IMG/VR virus record: IMGVR_UViG_2582581026_000003 | Coordinates: 3,607-67,606 of that record | Reading direction: 5' to 3' (one strand) | Length of the DNA: 64,000 nucleotides | Source: a virus | Lineage: Duplodnaviria > Caudoviricetes | The notes under the pieces: model-generated | The model's input: only the letters and a program-made list of their open reading frames with translations | Told to the model about the DNA's origin: nothing | Databases searched by the model: none | Translations under genes and position numbers: made by a program | Shown: positions 28,474 through 38,744 of the stretch, piece after piece | Numbering within the stretch: position 1 is the first letter of the stretch | Layout of the letters: every line of letters starts with the position of its first letter

Positions 28474-28853
28474 TTCCTCAGCTGAATGGTCCAGGTAGCC
28501 TTGGTGGCGTCCTGGCCGACGTTGACCACGCGGTAGCCGCTGATGCGGTCGTTGATGGCCGGTACCGCGGCGATAGCTGTGACCACCCCGCCCTCTTGCA
28601 TGAACAGTTCGTTCTGGAGGGCCTTGAGGCGAACGTCCGAAGCCAGAATGCGCGCTCCGTCGATCTCCCTGGCCTTGTACTGCCCAAACACGCCGCGCCC
28701 GGTGTAGAAGACAGTTGTCCCTGGGGCGCCACCAATTGCGGGGTCGTAGTCACCCTTCACCGCCCTGCTGCCTTCTACCGCACTAACAGCATCAGCCAGG
28801 TCAGTGTTAAAGGCCTCTGCCATGTCGGCCTGCAGCTCGTCTCGAAGCCCCAT
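28470..28853 (-). CDS. Head closure / head-tail adaptor
   Basis: Position in the operon; YDP and W.IQLRK motifs. Confidence 0.7.
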   Translation of the reverse strand: MGLRDELQADMAEAFNTDLADAVSAVEGSRAVKGDYDPAIGGAPGTTVFYTGRGVFGQYKAREIDGARILASDVRLKALQNELFMQEGGVVTAIAAVPAINDRISGYRVVNVGQDATKATWTIQLRK

Positions 28854-28854
28854 A

Positions 28855-29226
28855 TCAGCCCCTCACTATCTTGGCCTGGCCGGTACCCAGGTATTGGCTC
28901 AGCAGCGCCAAGGCGAATGACTCACCGGCGCTGATCTTTCGGGCGGACGCCGAGTAGGTTTTGCTGCTGGAAACTCCGTCGGCATCCACCGACTTGCTCA
29001 GCACCCCGGTTTCCTTGGCCGCAAATATGTTGCCAGCGGCAGCCTCCCGGGCAATCTCTGCGCCAGCCTGGACCACATCGTCAGGCACTGGGTCGAACGC
29101 AGGCAGCCCCAGGTTGGTCAGCCAGGTGTTGGCCATCAGCACCGCGCGCGGCTTCTTTTCATCGGGCGCCCAGTCGGCTCCCAGCAGGGCATCCACCTGT
29201 TCGATGCTGACGTAGGCAGTCATCAC
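28855..29226 (-). CDS. Head-tail connector protein
   Basis: Position after the capsid genes. Confidence 0.7.
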   Translation of the reverse strand: MMTAYVSIEQVDALLGADWAPDEKKPRAVLMANTWLTNLGLPAFDPVPDDVVQAGAEIAREAAAGNIFAAKETGVLSKSVDADGVSSSKTYSASARKISAGESFALALLSQYLGTGQAKIVRG

Positions 29227-29579
29227 ACGGCCTCGCCCAGCAGCTTCTGCAGATCTTCCAGACTGGCGTCAAGCTCGAACTGGATACCCTTCTCAGTCAG
29301 ACTGGCCTTGAGCCCCTCGACCTTGATGGCGTCGTCGAGCAGCTTCTGCAGGGCAGCAGCTCCGGCACGCCCGTCGTACTTGATGCCCTTCTCGTCCAAG
29401 GCCTTTTTCAAGGCATCGAGAGATGGTTTATCGCTGGGCTTGGCGACCTTGATCGGCTCAGGATTCTCGTAGTCGGCCGGCGCAAAGCTCACATCAATGA
29501 TCTTGTAGCCCTTCCGACGCAGGTCGGCTTTGCGCTCGGCTGTCACCGGATGGCGCTCGTAAATGATCTTTTCGGACAT
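29223..29579 (-). CDS. Capsid-associated protein with two short helical repeats
   Basis: LKKALDEKGIKY and LKASLTEKGIQF repeats. Confidence 0.65.
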   Translation of the reverse strand: MSEKIIYERHPVTAERKADLRRKGYKIIDVSFAPADYENPEPIKVAKPSDKPSLDALKKALDEKGIKYDGRAGAAALQKLLDDAIKVEGLKASLTEKGIQFELDASLEDLQKLLGEAV

Positions 29580-29628
29580 GTCAGTCTCCGAGGTAGGCGG
29601 CCCCGAAAGGCCGCATCATTTTGATTGA

Positions 29629-30609
29629 TCAGGCCTGGCCGATAGCCATGACGCCAGCAGTGTGCTTGATGCTGGTCGCGACCTTGTCCCAGTTCGCGCC
29701 GGTGGCGAGAGCCGCGTCATCAGGCGAGGCACCGCCGTTGGCAACGTCCCAGGCATAACCGCGGAGACCGACGCCGAAGCTGTAGTCGATCTGCAGGGTG
29801 GTCTCAATACGCTCCTTGCCGTTACTGGTCTCGATGTTCGAGATCAGGTCGCGGGCATCGTGGACAGTGGCTGCCCCCTGGGCCAGGGATAGCACTCGAC
29901 GCTTGGCCGGCGCGGCCGGATCGGCCACAGCAGCGCTGTAGAGTGCAGGAGCATCGGTCACCACAACCAAGCGACCCAGGATGTCGACAACGCGGACGGC
30001 ATCAGACTTGAACAGCTGCTCGGCGTTGGTAAGGTTCTGGCCCACGAAGGCATGGAACTGGGCGCCATCCATCACTTGGGCGATCAGTTGGCTGGAGTGA
30101 TCGCCGAACAGCGCATGGCTGTCGTTCACTGCGATGTAGTCCACCTTCTTGGTGCCCGACACGTCGACGACCGCGGCAGCGCCCTGGTTGCCGATGCCTG
30201 CCACCAACGCGGCGATGGCAGTGTTCAGCTGGTCCTGCAGCAGGGATTCGGCGAAGTAGCGGGACGCCACTTCTACGCCCTCGGCAGTTGGTTTGCGTAG
30301 CCAGGTCATCTGGGATGGCTCATAACGCACCGGGCCGAAGCCGCCCGCGACCTTGACGGTGTTGTGCTTGAGCTGGGTCAGGTCGACCGCGTTCACGTTG
30401 CCGTTGTTGCCGTAACGGTTCACGCGACGACGCGCGCCCGCCAGGCCAGCGTAGAAGCTGGTCTGCAGGAAGTCGCCGTCAAAGCCGTCGGTGGTCAGTA
30501 GAATCGCGCCACCGGATGCGGCGTTGAACCGCTCGACCATTTGCGCCAGCGTCTCGATGGTCGCAGGCATGAAGTAGGTGTTGAAAACTTCCATATCGGA
30601 AAGCGCCAT
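29629..30609 (-). CDS. Major capsid protein
   Basis: 326 aa, follows the scaffold; FNAASGGAI.L and KHTAGV motifs; strong RBS and terminator. Confidence 0.88.
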   Translation of the reverse strand: MALSDMEVFNTYFMPATIETLAQMVERFNAASGGAILLTTDGFDGDFLQTSFYAGLAGARRRVNRYGNNGNVNAVDLTQLKHNTVKVAGGFGPVRYEPSQMTWLRKPTAEGVEVASRYFAESLLQDQLNTAIAALVAGIGNQGAAAVVDVSGTKKVDYIAVNDSHALFGDHSSQLIAQVMDGAQFHAFVGQNLTNAEQLFKSDAVRVVDILGRLVVVTDAPALYSAAVADPAAPAKRRVLSLAQGAATVHDARDLISNIETSNGKERIETTLQIDYSFGVGLRGYAWDVANGGASPDDAALATGANWDKVATSIKHTAGVMAIGQA

Positions 30610-30711
30610 GTTGGAGCTCCTATAGCTGTTGCCCGGATGGGCTCAATGAATGGTTGTCGGGCATCCGCCCTGGTGCGCCGTACCCCATCCGGGATGACAG
30701 CTAGGGTCTGA

Positions 30712-31500
30712 TCAGGGCTGGGCTAGATCAGGGAATTGGGATTTGATTGCTTGCAGGCGGTCTTCTTTGTTGCCGCCAAAGTTGCCCTTACCTGCAGGTG
30801 GCTTGCCGCCAGTGTGGCTGCCGTTAGGTGCGCCGCCGCCATTTGCACCGGAGCTTTTGAGTATCTGGTCTTTGTAGGGATATTGATCGACAAGGGCTTC
30901 GAGCGCTTCGTCGAAGTCCGCCACCTCGCCTGGGCGGGCGCGACTGAAAATCTTGTTGCCGGCCTGGTCGTAGGCGACCACCTTGCCCTCTTCGATCTTG
31001 AACGCCTGACCGAAGCGGGCCTGAACCAGGTCACCTGGAATCGCGAACTTCTCCGAGATCAGTTTCGACCGACTGAAGCTGCCTCCGATGAGTTCGCCAT
31101 GCAGTTGGCCTTGCAGTTTTTCCAAGTCGCCTTGCAACGTCTTCTCGCGCTCTGCGGCCGCTTTGGCAGCTGCTGCAACTTGCTCTTCAGCAGCGCGCTT
31201 GGCGGCAGACTTGATCTCTTCGACCTTGCCGGCAGTGACCAGATCACCCTCCTTGAGGTTCTTGACGGTCTCCAGCGCTTTGATCGCGGCCTCGGCATCC
31301 TCGATACCTTCGAACAGCTTGGCGCGGGCCTCAGCTGCCTCTTTGGCCTCGCGATGCCCCTGGGCCTCACGGTTCAATGCCGAGATTTTGATAACGGCAG
31401 CAGCAGCGTCGAATGGAGCCTCTTTGCCGTCATCGTGAACATAGACCGGCTGGCCGTTCTGTAGGACCACATTGCCGTTGTCGTCAAGTTTGAGCTTCAT
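30712..31500 (-). CDS. Head scaffolding protein
   Basis: Coiled coil with Gly-rich C-terminus; directly upstream of the capsid gene. Confidence 0.8.
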   Translation of the reverse strand: MKLKLDDNGNVVLQNGQPVYVHDDGKEAPFDAAAAVIKISALNREAQGHREAKEAAEARAKLFEGIEDAEAAIKALETVKNLKEGDLVTAGKVEEIKSAAKRAAEEQVAAAAKAAAEREKTLQGDLEKLQGQLHGELIGGSFSRSKLISEKFAIPGDLVQARFGQAFKIEEGKVVAYDQAGNKIFSRARPGEVADFDEALEALVDQYPYKDQILKSSGANGGGAPNGSHTGGKPPAGKGNFGGNKEDRLQAIKSQFPDLAQP

Positions 31501-31619
31501 GGATCGTTCTCCGGGCATCCGCCCATTGGCAGGCCTTCCGGCCCAATTGCGCCCCGTCCATCCGAACCGCAGGCAAAAAAAAGCCCCAGCGAATGCCGGG
31601 GCCTTGTGTAAAACATGAT

Positions 31620-31886
31620 TCAGCTGGATTTTTCTTGCTCAGCTAGGAGGCTTTCCCGTCCGTAGGCAAACATTACAAGCGCTTGGTACATAGCGGTGTT
31701 GTTACCCTCCTCACTCCAATAGGTGTAACCCACGTACTGGTACTTGCCAATGTCTATAACTGCCTCGAAATCGTCGACATGTGGGTTCAGAGCGTCACCC
31801 TGAAGGATGATGTCTCTTCCCTGTAGTGCCTTGACATCGCCCTTTATGTAACGTCGCAAGAAGTCAGCGTTCTCTTGATGGCTCAT
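31620..31886 (-). CDS. Hypothetical protein (moron)
   Basis: Lower-GC ORF between head morphogenesis and scaffold genes; AAGGA RBS. Confidence 0.6.
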   Translation of the reverse strand: MSHQENADFLRRYIKGDVKALQGRDIILQGDALNPHVDDFEAVIDIGKYQYVGYTYWSEEGNNTAMYQALVMFAYGRESLLAEQEKSS

Positions 31887-31923
31887 CGTGTGTCCTTGCA
31901 CCGGTTATGATCAAGCCAATACA

Positions 31924-33024
31924 TCAGGATTTCTGGGCAGCCGCAAGTTTCAACCTGTCATGAAGTTCGTCGAGGATTAGGAACTTGCCCTTGTCGTTGT
32001 AGAAATCATCCAGTTTCAGCTTGCCCTGACGCATCAGCCGAGCCCGCTCAGGACCGAGGATCTCGTCCTGCCGCGCTGCCGACTGCTGTGCGAGCCACGC
32101 GGCGTAAGTCGTGGACTGCGGCACCTGGCCGTCCATACTGGCCCGCGTGGCGCTGTCGCTGAATCCAAGCCTTGATGCACTCTTCAGGATCGGCAGCTTT
32201 GTCGACCGGCAGCAGAAGTGAATCCGTCCAGGCCCGGCCAGCCATGGGATCTTGTGCCCGATCGGCTTGTAGGTTCCCAAGCTGTACGGCAGACGGTCCC
32301 TGATGCGGCAATCGGTCGATGTGCGCGTGTCCAGCGTGCTGAGCCATTCAACATGGCTGATGATGTCGCTGTTGGCCTCGTAGGCGGCGTCACTGGCCGT
32401 TTCAGCAGTGTGCGATATGGCGGACCTGACGACCGCCTCAACCTCGCGCCTGGACTTCTGCAGGATGCCATCGGCGTAGTTCTGTGCCCGGGTACCCATG
32501 ACGGTGCGGACGATATCGGCAGTCGTGCGCCCCTCAACCACGCCAGCGCGGACGGCATCGCGAACGGCAGCGGCGCGGGTCGCCTCAATGCCGGCCATCC
32601 ACTCCCTGAGCAGACGCCCTTGGAATGGCCTGGCCTGAGCTATTGCTTTGACCCGGCTGAACACTGGCGCAACGACGGGGAAAGCCTCCTGCACCACCGC
32701 AGGCAGAACTGCTCGCAGCGCGCCCTGCTGGAAGGCGAGTTCGTAGCTGATCAGGCTGTCGCTGGCCTGGTCCAGCGCCTGGTGGATCTCGACGAACGTG
32801 GCCTGGTTAAGGCGAAGTACTTCAGCCAGCGCCCTATCCACTGCCGGCGCAGATAGATCGGTACCGAGATTGTCGATCGCCTCAATCAGCGCAGCCCGCA
32901 GCTCGGCGTCCTTGCTGTTCAGGATCTTGATGATCGCTCTGACCTGGCCATTGCTCAGCCTGGAAAGGTCAACCTCATGCCCGATCAGCTCATCCAGCAA
33001 CCTCTCGTTGGCCGTCTTCATCAC
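31924..33024 (-). CDS. Head morphogenesis protein (SPP1 gp7 / Mu F-like)
   Basis: WLSTLDTRTSTDCRIRD, HFCCRS. Confidence 0.88.
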   Translation of the reverse strand: MMKTANERLLDELIGHEVDLSRLSNGQVRAIIKILNSKDAELRAALIEAIDNLGTDLSAPAVDRALAEVLRLNQATFVEIHQALDQASDSLISYELAFQQGALRAVLPAVVQEAFPVVAPVFSRVKAIAQARPFQGRLLREWMAGIEATRAAAVRDAVRAGVVEGRTTADIVRTVMGTRAQNYADGILQKSRREVEAVVRSAISHTAETASDAAYEANSDIISHVEWLSTLDTRTSTDCRIRDRLPYSLGTYKPIGHKIPWLAGPGRIHFCCRSTKLPILKSASRLGFSDSATRASMDGQVPQSTTYAAWLAQQSAARQDEILGPERARLMRQGKLKLDDFYNDKGKFLILDELHDRLKLAAAQKS

Positions 33025-34400
33025 AGCGCACCGAGCGCGGGACCTTGGCCCTCGATTTTCTCGAGCTCTTCGGGCCAGTTGTATTCGTCACTGATCACGC
33101 CGCGGCGCTGCATCTCGGTGAACAGCGTTTCCTTGGAGATCATGCCAGCGTTAGCCATGGCCACCAGGGTCGGAAGCGACACCTCCGGCATGTAGTCCAC
33201 GTCGAAGTTGCCGCGCATCTCGACCGCACCACCCTCACCGAGGCCGCGATACTCGGCCATGTACTGCAGCAGCTGCGCCAGGCAGTCGCCGAAGTGGTTC
33301 GCCATGCGCGCCAGCGGGGAAAGCTCTTGCGCAGCCTCCTCTTCGGCTTGGGTGGCAGTCTTGGTCGCAGCCTTTTCAGGAGTCAGCAGCTTGGCCCCGG
33401 CCATGCGCATCTCGCCTATCAGGTCCTGCAGCGCTGTCCGGCCAGCTTCTACAGCCTGCCCAGTGTGCTCGACGTACTTTAGGTCGCCGGTGGATGGCAG
33501 ATCGGTTAGAGAACCGGTGCCGACCTTGAACTCTGGCGGCACCGGCTGGCCCTGGTCGTTGAACATCGGCTGCACGCCGATCCGTACCAGAATCGGCACG
33601 CGGATTACATGCAGGATGTTGTCCTGGTCGCTCTGGCTCTGCCAGTGCTTGACGTTGAGGTGAGCCAGTTCCAGCAGGGGCGGCTTGGCAGTCATGAAGC
33701 CAGTTCGCCCGGTGTAGAACGTCACCCAAGGGATTCTGGTCAGGCTGTTGGTGCCCTCGTCATGCAGCGCCCATGCACCGCCCTTCTCGGCACGGCGGTA
33801 GGTCCGCCACTTGCCTGGCTCCAACACGCGGACCTGCTCGACGCACTTGGCGCCGAAGTCGCCGTCTTCCTCCTCGACCACTTCGATATAGCGGATCATG
33901 GTGAGCACCCCGCCCGTGGAGCGCCAGCCCAGAACCTGTTCAGGCTTCACAAGGACGACGTAGGGTCGCACACCGGCAGCCTGCTCATCTGCTTGGGTGC
34001 GAACACCCTCAGCAGGCGGGTGATCAACGAACGCATGGCACACACCATGGCTCAGGCCTTCGCGGAAGAACTCCACCGACCAGGAGTTGAGGTCGTTACC
34101 GGCCATGTCGATGTCCTTGGCCATCACCTGGATAGCTTCAGGCACATCGTCACCGACCTGCAGCGGCTCGGCGAACACCCGGGAGGTCATATTGCCAACC
34201 GTCTCGGAATAGGCCGGCAGCAGTGTCGAGAGGCGCAGACGCTCCTTGTAGGAATCGCCATCCTCGGCCGGATACTGCGGCAACAGGGTCTTGCCCGCCG
34301 ATCGCATGGCCATCGTTCCGCCCATGAGCGGCGTGATAACGGCCCAGTAGGCGCGCATGGCGTCGACCGCGGGCAGCGTGATGCTTGGGTTATCGCTCAT
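33021..34400 (-). CDS. Portal protein (DUF4055-type)
   Basis: Follows TerL; PPLLELAHLNVKHWQSQSD motif. Confidence 0.88.
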   Translation of the reverse strand: MSDNPSITLPAVDAMRAYWAVITPLMGGTMAMRSAGKTLLPQYPAEDGDSYKERLRLSTLLPAYSETVGNMTSRVFAEPLQVGDDVPEAIQVMAKDIDMAGNDLNSWSVEFFREGLSHGVCHAFVDHPPAEGVRTQADEQAAGVRPYVVLVKPEQVLGWRSTGGVLTMIRYIEVVEEEDGDFGAKCVEQVRVLEPGKWRTYRRAEKGGAWALHDEGTNSLTRIPWVTFYTGRTGFMTAKPPLLELAHLNVKHWQSQSDQDNILHVIRVPILVRIGVQPMFNDQGQPVPPEFKVGTGSLTDLPSTGDLKYVEHTGQAVEAGRTALQDLIGEMRMAGAKLLTPEKAATKTATQAEEEAAQELSPLARMANHFGDCLAQLLQYMAEYRGLGEGGAVEMRGNFDVDYMPEVSLPTLVAMANAGMISKETLFTEMQRRGVISDEYNWPEELEKIEGQGPALGAL

Positions 34401-34402
34401 GG

Positions 34403-35677
34403 TCACATTCTCAGGGATTGGGTCGTCGTCATCGGTTTGGAAATCGGGAACAGGAACGCTAGTGGATAGCCGCCTGCGTCGTTCAGGTGGTCCACGCCGC
34501 TGGATTTGTCCGGCATACCGTTCTTGTCGTATGCCTGCTGTTCCAGGCCGTCGGTGAGGTGCGGGCACCTGTTCGTGTTGATCTTCAGTCGTCGTTCGCC
34601 TTGCCCATTGAGGATCAGGGAATTCACGGCGTTCACTCGGTCGGCGATGGCGGGGTTCGTGCTGTTCACGCGAATGGAGAAGCCCGCCTGCTGCAGGATG
34701 CTCAAATCCGACTCGCTGGCGTTCTTGCTGCTGGAGTTGGCGCCCGAGGCATCCGGGAATATCTGGATCGGGTGGCCCTTGCTCGCGTACTGGCGCTTGA
34801 GCAGGTCGGCCATGTACGGCGTGTCACGCCCATCGGTGACTTCGGCCACGGCAATCGGCCAGCCGCCCCGGAGCACATACACCACGGCGCTCATCTTCAG
34901 CCGGTTAAAGTCCATGCCGATCAACAGCGGCTCCCGCTCCCGCTCAACCTCGTTGCTGTGATTCAGCCTACGGTCGAAGTCGGGATAGACGGCGCCGGAA
35001 GTGAGGTTGACGAACTGGCCACGCAAATAAGCCCTGATCAGCTGCGGCGGATAGGAGTCCTCCAGGGACGAGATATAGTCGTCCGGCAGGTTCGCCTCAT
35101 TGTCATAGGTGCTGGCCTGGACCAGGCCGTACAGCGTCTTCAGCTCTGGCTTTTCGCTGATCTGCTTCACGAACTGCTGGTAGGTGAACTTGAACCCTTC
35201 AGGTGTCGTGGCAACATCTACGCCGTTCTTCAGCCCATGCACCTTGTAACGCATCCGCGCGATGATCTTCCGCCAGGCCTGCTCAGCCTTGAGCTTGGCC
35301 ATTACATCCAGCTCGTCGACCAGGGCGTGGCCGATCTTGAAGCCGACGATGGTCGCGGGCTTCTCCATCGACCGGCAGATCACGGTGCTGCGGTACTGAC
35401 CGCCGCTGTAGAAGTCGACCTCTTTGTCCGACTCCTTGATCTTGATGCGCAGCCCCCAGTCGAAGGCTACCTCTTCGATCGTTGGGAAGAAGATGTCCCG
35501 GATCTGCGGGTACGTTGGCGCAAAGTAGCCGGCGTTGATCCGGGGCCATTCCCAAACGTGCTGGCAGAGCCCAGAGCAACCTACCCAAGTCTTCCCTGAG
35601 CCGAACCCTGCAACGAAGCCGCGGAACTTGTGAGGCATGGCAAGAAACTGCGCCTGGGGCACATTAAGCGTCGGCAT
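34403..35677 (-). CDS. terL: Terminase large subunit
   Basis: Walker A AGFGSGKT, Walker B LVDE, nuclease motifs GMDFN and DHLNDA. Confidence 0.95.
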   Translation of the reverse strand: MPTLNVPQAQFLAMPHKFRGFVAGFGSGKTWVGCSGLCQHVWEWPRINAGYFAPTYPQIRDIFFPTIEEVAFDWGLRIKIKESDKEVDFYSGGQYRSTVICRSMEKPATIVGFKIGHALVDELDVMAKLKAEQAWRKIIARMRYKVHGLKNGVDVATTPEGFKFTYQQFVKQISEKPELKTLYGLVQASTYDNEANLPDDYISSLEDSYPPQLIRAYLRGQFVNLTSGAVYPDFDRRLNHSNEVEREREPLLIGMDFNRLKMSAVVYVLRGGWPIAVAEVTDGRDTPYMADLLKRQYASKGHPIQIFPDASGANSSSKNASESDLSILQQAGFSIRVNSTNPAIADRVNAVNSLILNGQGERRLKINTNRCPHLTDGLEQQAYDKNGMPDKSSGVDHLNDAGGYPLAFLFPISKPMTTTQSLRM

Positions 35678-36125
35678 CCCGCTTCCTCGCGTCGACCACC
35701 TCTACTCGTACAGAGGTTGGTGATACTGAATTCAATGAGTCGTCGACCTTGGCGGCCCGGTTCACGTACACGTCTCCGACCTCCTTGGCGGCCTGCTCAA
35801 GGATTTGAAGGGTCAGGCCGTAGTTGCGCATCCCTTCAACCTTTTCGACCAGCCTGCTCAGTGTGCGGAGGCGGTAGGCGCGGTTAGCGATCGGGATGTC
35901 AGCGGTCTCCTCGCGGAAACGCTTCCGGGTGTCTTCGAACAGGGTAACCCAGCGCTTGGCCAGGTTGCGCCCCTGCCGCTTTGTGGGGTCATGGCTTTCC
36001 GCCGTCTGGCGGCTGATCTCAATACCAAATTCTTTGTTGACGGCCTCTGCCACCTGAGACGGTGTATCGAAGCAGGCCAACGCCTGAACGATGAAGGCCT
36101 TCACCTCGTTGCTCAGGGCTGCCAT
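35664..36125 (-). CDS. terS: Terminase small subunit (DUF2280-type)
   Basis: FIVQALACFDTPSQV HTH; overlaps terL. Confidence 0.82.
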   Translation of the reverse strand: MAALSNEVKAFIVQALACFDTPSQVAEAVNKEFGIEISRQTAESHDPTKRQGRNLAKRWVTLFEDTRKRFREETADIPIANRAYRLRTLSRLVEKVEGMRNYGLTLQILEQAAKEVGDVYVNRAAKVDDSLNSVSPTSVRVEVVDARKRDADA

Positions 36126-36156
36126 AGATTGTTTTCCGTCAAGCGCCTGTCAAACA

Positions 36157-36780
36157 TCAAGCCGACTTAAGCAGGCAGGTTCCACAGGCCCTCGCAATGT
36201 TGATCTTGGCCACCTCAGGCGGCCGGCTTGCAGCGTCAATCAGCTGCTGTACGTCTTCCCCTGCCCCATAGCGACGAACCACACCGACGAACTCTTCAAC
36301 GTCGTGTCCACGCATCTGTAGCTTGGGGAGACCTTCTTGGGTGAACTTGGGCGCGCCGTACTGATCGGTAGCCTGGGCGATGTGGTAGAGCTCGTGGTCG
36401 ACCAGGGCGCAGAACTCGGCATCGGTGCATTGGGCGCAGTAGTCAGCGGCCAGGGTGATCAGGTAGTTCGGCACTTCGCCAAACCAGTCCCGCATCTGCT
36501 GCTCTTGGCGAGCCTTCTGCCAGCCGCCAGCGCGGAACATGACCTGCTCCGCCTGACCCAGCACCACCCTTCCCTGCTTGCCGAATCCAGAGGATGCCCA
36601 GAGCACGCCGATGTTAGCGTCGATCAGGTGGGCGTGGTCTTCGTTGTGGATGCTACCGGTGGTGGAGAGGATCTCGGCCTCAAGCCAACTCCATACCTCA
36701 GGGGCTGGAGCCAGTCGAATACCAAAGCCGGATAGTTCGGACAACTCAGTCAGTGACAATGGAGGGAACGGCCTATCCAT
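36157..36780 (-). CDS. Phage putative metallopeptidase
   Basis: HELYH and HDVEEFVGVVRRYG motifs. Confidence 0.85.
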   Translation of the reverse strand: MDRPFPPLSLTELSELSGFGIRLAPAPEVWSWLEAEILSTTGSIHNEDHAHLIDANIGVLWASSGFGKQGRVVLGQAEQVMFRAGGWQKARQEQQMRDWFGEVPNYLITLAADYCAQCTDAEFCALVDHELYHIAQATDQYGAPKFTQEGLPKLQMRGHDVEEFVGVVRRYGAGEDVQQLIDAASRPPEVAKINIARACGTCLLKSA

Positions 36781-36957
36781 GGGTCACCTTGTTCTCGAAA
36801 TGGTGGTGTATTGCAGGTACGGCAGGAGTTGATTCGATGCTGGAGGCAGTGCTTCGCCTGAAGTCTGAAGCTCAGCGCAGGCTAGGCATGATCATTGATT
36901 AATGCGACCTACCACGCGGCGCTCTCATTCAAGTGCTCGCATGACAGACCGACTTTT

Positions 36958-37191
36958 CTAGCTTTGAGTATCATGCACAGTGACCCTCACTCCCGTGGCC
37001 ACAATCTCGAACTCAGTCTCAGAAATCTTTTTCACGTCACCGCCGAATTGCATTTCGAAATGCTTCAGGCCTTCATGTCGAACCATTCCGTGTGATGAGC
37101 GCTCAACCGTCTCGTCCTGATAAATATTAATCACGTACTCCACGTTATCTGTGCCCACACCCATGATCTTTCCAACATATTTATCTGCCAT
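36958..37191 (-). CDS. Hypothetical protein
   Basis: AAGGAG RBS before ATG 37191. Confidence 0.6.
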   Translation of the reverse strand: MADKYVGKIMGVGTDNVEYVINIYQDETVERSSHGMVRHEGLKHFEMQFGGDVKKISETEFEIVATGVRVTVHDTQS

Positions 37192-37259
37192 GTCCGTACT
37201 CCTTGCGTGAAGCCTCAAAGTAGCTGGTGCAGACATATCATTCCACTACCTTGAACGGT

Positions 37260-37448
37260 TTAGATCACCATGATGCTGGTCTGTGCATATGCATGCCCGT
37301 GCAGGAGGCTCACGATTAGTCCTTGGGGAAGGCCAGCAGCCTTCGCAGCATCGATCGCTTTGGCAATGGTGCTATCCAGGTCCACGACAACCTCTTTGAT
37401 AGCATTGCTCAGCGGCAGAGCGTGGTGAATACGCGTGACGTTAGTCAT
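37260..37448 (-). CDS. Small conserved phage protein
   Basis: MTNVTRIHHALP..AKAAGLPQGLIVSLLHGHA; GAGGAG RBS. Confidence 0.7.
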   Translation of the reverse strand: MTNVTRIHHALPLSNAIKEVVVDLDSTIAKAIDAAKAAGLPQGLIVSLLHGHAYAQTSIMVI

Positions 37449-37560
37449 GGGCTCTCCTCACTCTCAGATTGCATACCTTCTGTCGGCTCACTCTGAGCTT
37501 CCTGGCAGCCATCCAAATGAGTGGCTAATAGTTAAATCTCTGCCTGGGGAGGCACAAAAA

Positions 37561-37797
37561 ATGCAACCAAGATTCGTTATCGTTCCAGCTGTTCCAATAG
37601 CAACGGAGTCGTTTCATTCGGGTGGGCGTTACTACGCCACTACTCTGTCGGGCGGCTTTGATATTTACGATAACCAGGAAAAAATGCGACTCAAACTAAG
37701 TTACACGAGCAAAGGCCTGGCGGGTGCAGCATGTGCGAAGATGAACTTGGAGTCGGGCTGCCCCACTGAGCTAATCCCCCGATTGAGGAATGAGTGA
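37561..37797 (+). CDS. Hypothetical protein (antisense moron)
   Basis: GGAGG RBS; MQPRFVIVPAVP..GFDIYDNQEK.RL. Confidence 0.65.
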   Translation: MQPRFVIVPAVPIATESFHSGGRYYATTLSGGFDIYDNQEKMRLKLSYTSKGLAGAACAKMNLESGCPTELIPRLRNE

Positions 37798-37836
37798 CCC
37801 GCCACGAAACGGCGCACCTTGAATTTGTGGCGCGGA

Positions 37837-38172
37837 TTACGGCTCGGGATTACGCCCCGGCAGCTTGAACCCAGTGAAGCGGTCTGCGTAGGCGCGGATC
37901 TTGTCCACGCCTAACAGGCCAATCATCCCGCCGACAATTCCGGCGGCAGACTGGGGTATGCCCAGCAGCTCAAGCCCGGAAAGCATCGCCAGGGTGATGC
38001 AGCCACACAGCAGGCTTTCGAGGAAGGCCGCCTTTTTGGTGCCGCCGCCATAAATAATTCGCAGTGCCGAGATCGACACGGCCAGGCCGGCCGCATAGAG
38101 CGCGGGTGCATGCTGGCTGAGCCAGGCAAATACGATAAGCCAGGTGTCTGGTTTGTCTGGCATATGGTTCAT
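37837..38172 (-). CDS. Lambda-family holin
   Basis: MPDKPDTW N-terminus, three hydrophobic segments, GLLGVDKIR. Confidence 0.88.
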   Translation of the reverse strand: MNHMPDKPDTWLIVFAWLSQHAPALYAAGLAVSISALRIIYGGGTKKAAFLESLLCGCITLAMLSGLELLGIPQSAAGIVGGMIGLLGVDKIRAYADRFTGFKLPGRNPEP

Positions 38173-38353
38173 TCCGGTTCCTCCCTTTCGGGGAGCGAGT
38201 TTGATTCGGCCCCAGCAGCACTCCCAGCTCGGAGCGATGGGTGTGGCGGAGCCGAAAACGAAAAAGCCCCGACAAATTCCGAGGCTCAATAGAGGAAGAC
38301 GACTACATGCTATCGTTCAATTTCCACACCAAACGAACCATGGAGCATCAGGG

Positions 38354-38542
38354 ATGAAGGTAAACGTTAAGTGTAAGAGTTGCGGCAGTGACAAGTTCCA
38401 GATTCCGCCCAGGCCAAACAACAACTCGAAGGTTACATGCGGCAAGTGCGGCGCCGTCGAGACCTACGGAAACATCATGAAGGCTGTTGGTGACAAGGTC
38501 ACCGAAGACCTGAAGCGGGAATTCGGGAAGCTGTTCAAGTGA
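38354..38542 (+). CDS. Small zinc-binding protein
   Basis: CKSCG..CGKCG, basic C-terminus FGKLFK. Confidence 0.7.
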   Translation: MKVNVKCKSCGSDKFQIPPRPNNNSKVTCGKCGAVETYGNIMKAVGDKVTEDLKREFGKLFK

Positions 38543-38744
38543 CCACATGGCATCATTCAGTGGGCGTAGCAGGGCTTAACCGCCCTCTACGCTCACGTCG
38601 AGATCGAGCTTTTCCATAAGATCTCCTGAAACGGAAAAGTCCAGGCCTATACCTGGGCCTCGGGGTGATTTGCGTGTCTTCCCACGCCGCCCGCCAAAGA
38701 CCATCACGACGCTGGCACCCTACTGTACCAGTCTCGCCGATCCA

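Noticed and set aside
13164-35599. Long plus-strand ORFs opposite structural genes (e.g. 13929-15215, 23132-24364, 34487-35599)
   Set aside because: Antisense shadows of high-GC coding sequence, without RBS or recognisable motifs.
10507-38172. Holin separated from endolysin and spanins by the whole morphogenesis region
   Set aside because: A split lysis cassette is a familiar arrangement in Pseudomonas temperate phages and tailocins.
38161-38172. Holin dual start (Met-Asn-His-Met)
   Set aside because: It lacks the Lys/Arg of the lambda S107 antiholin extension; insufficient evidence.
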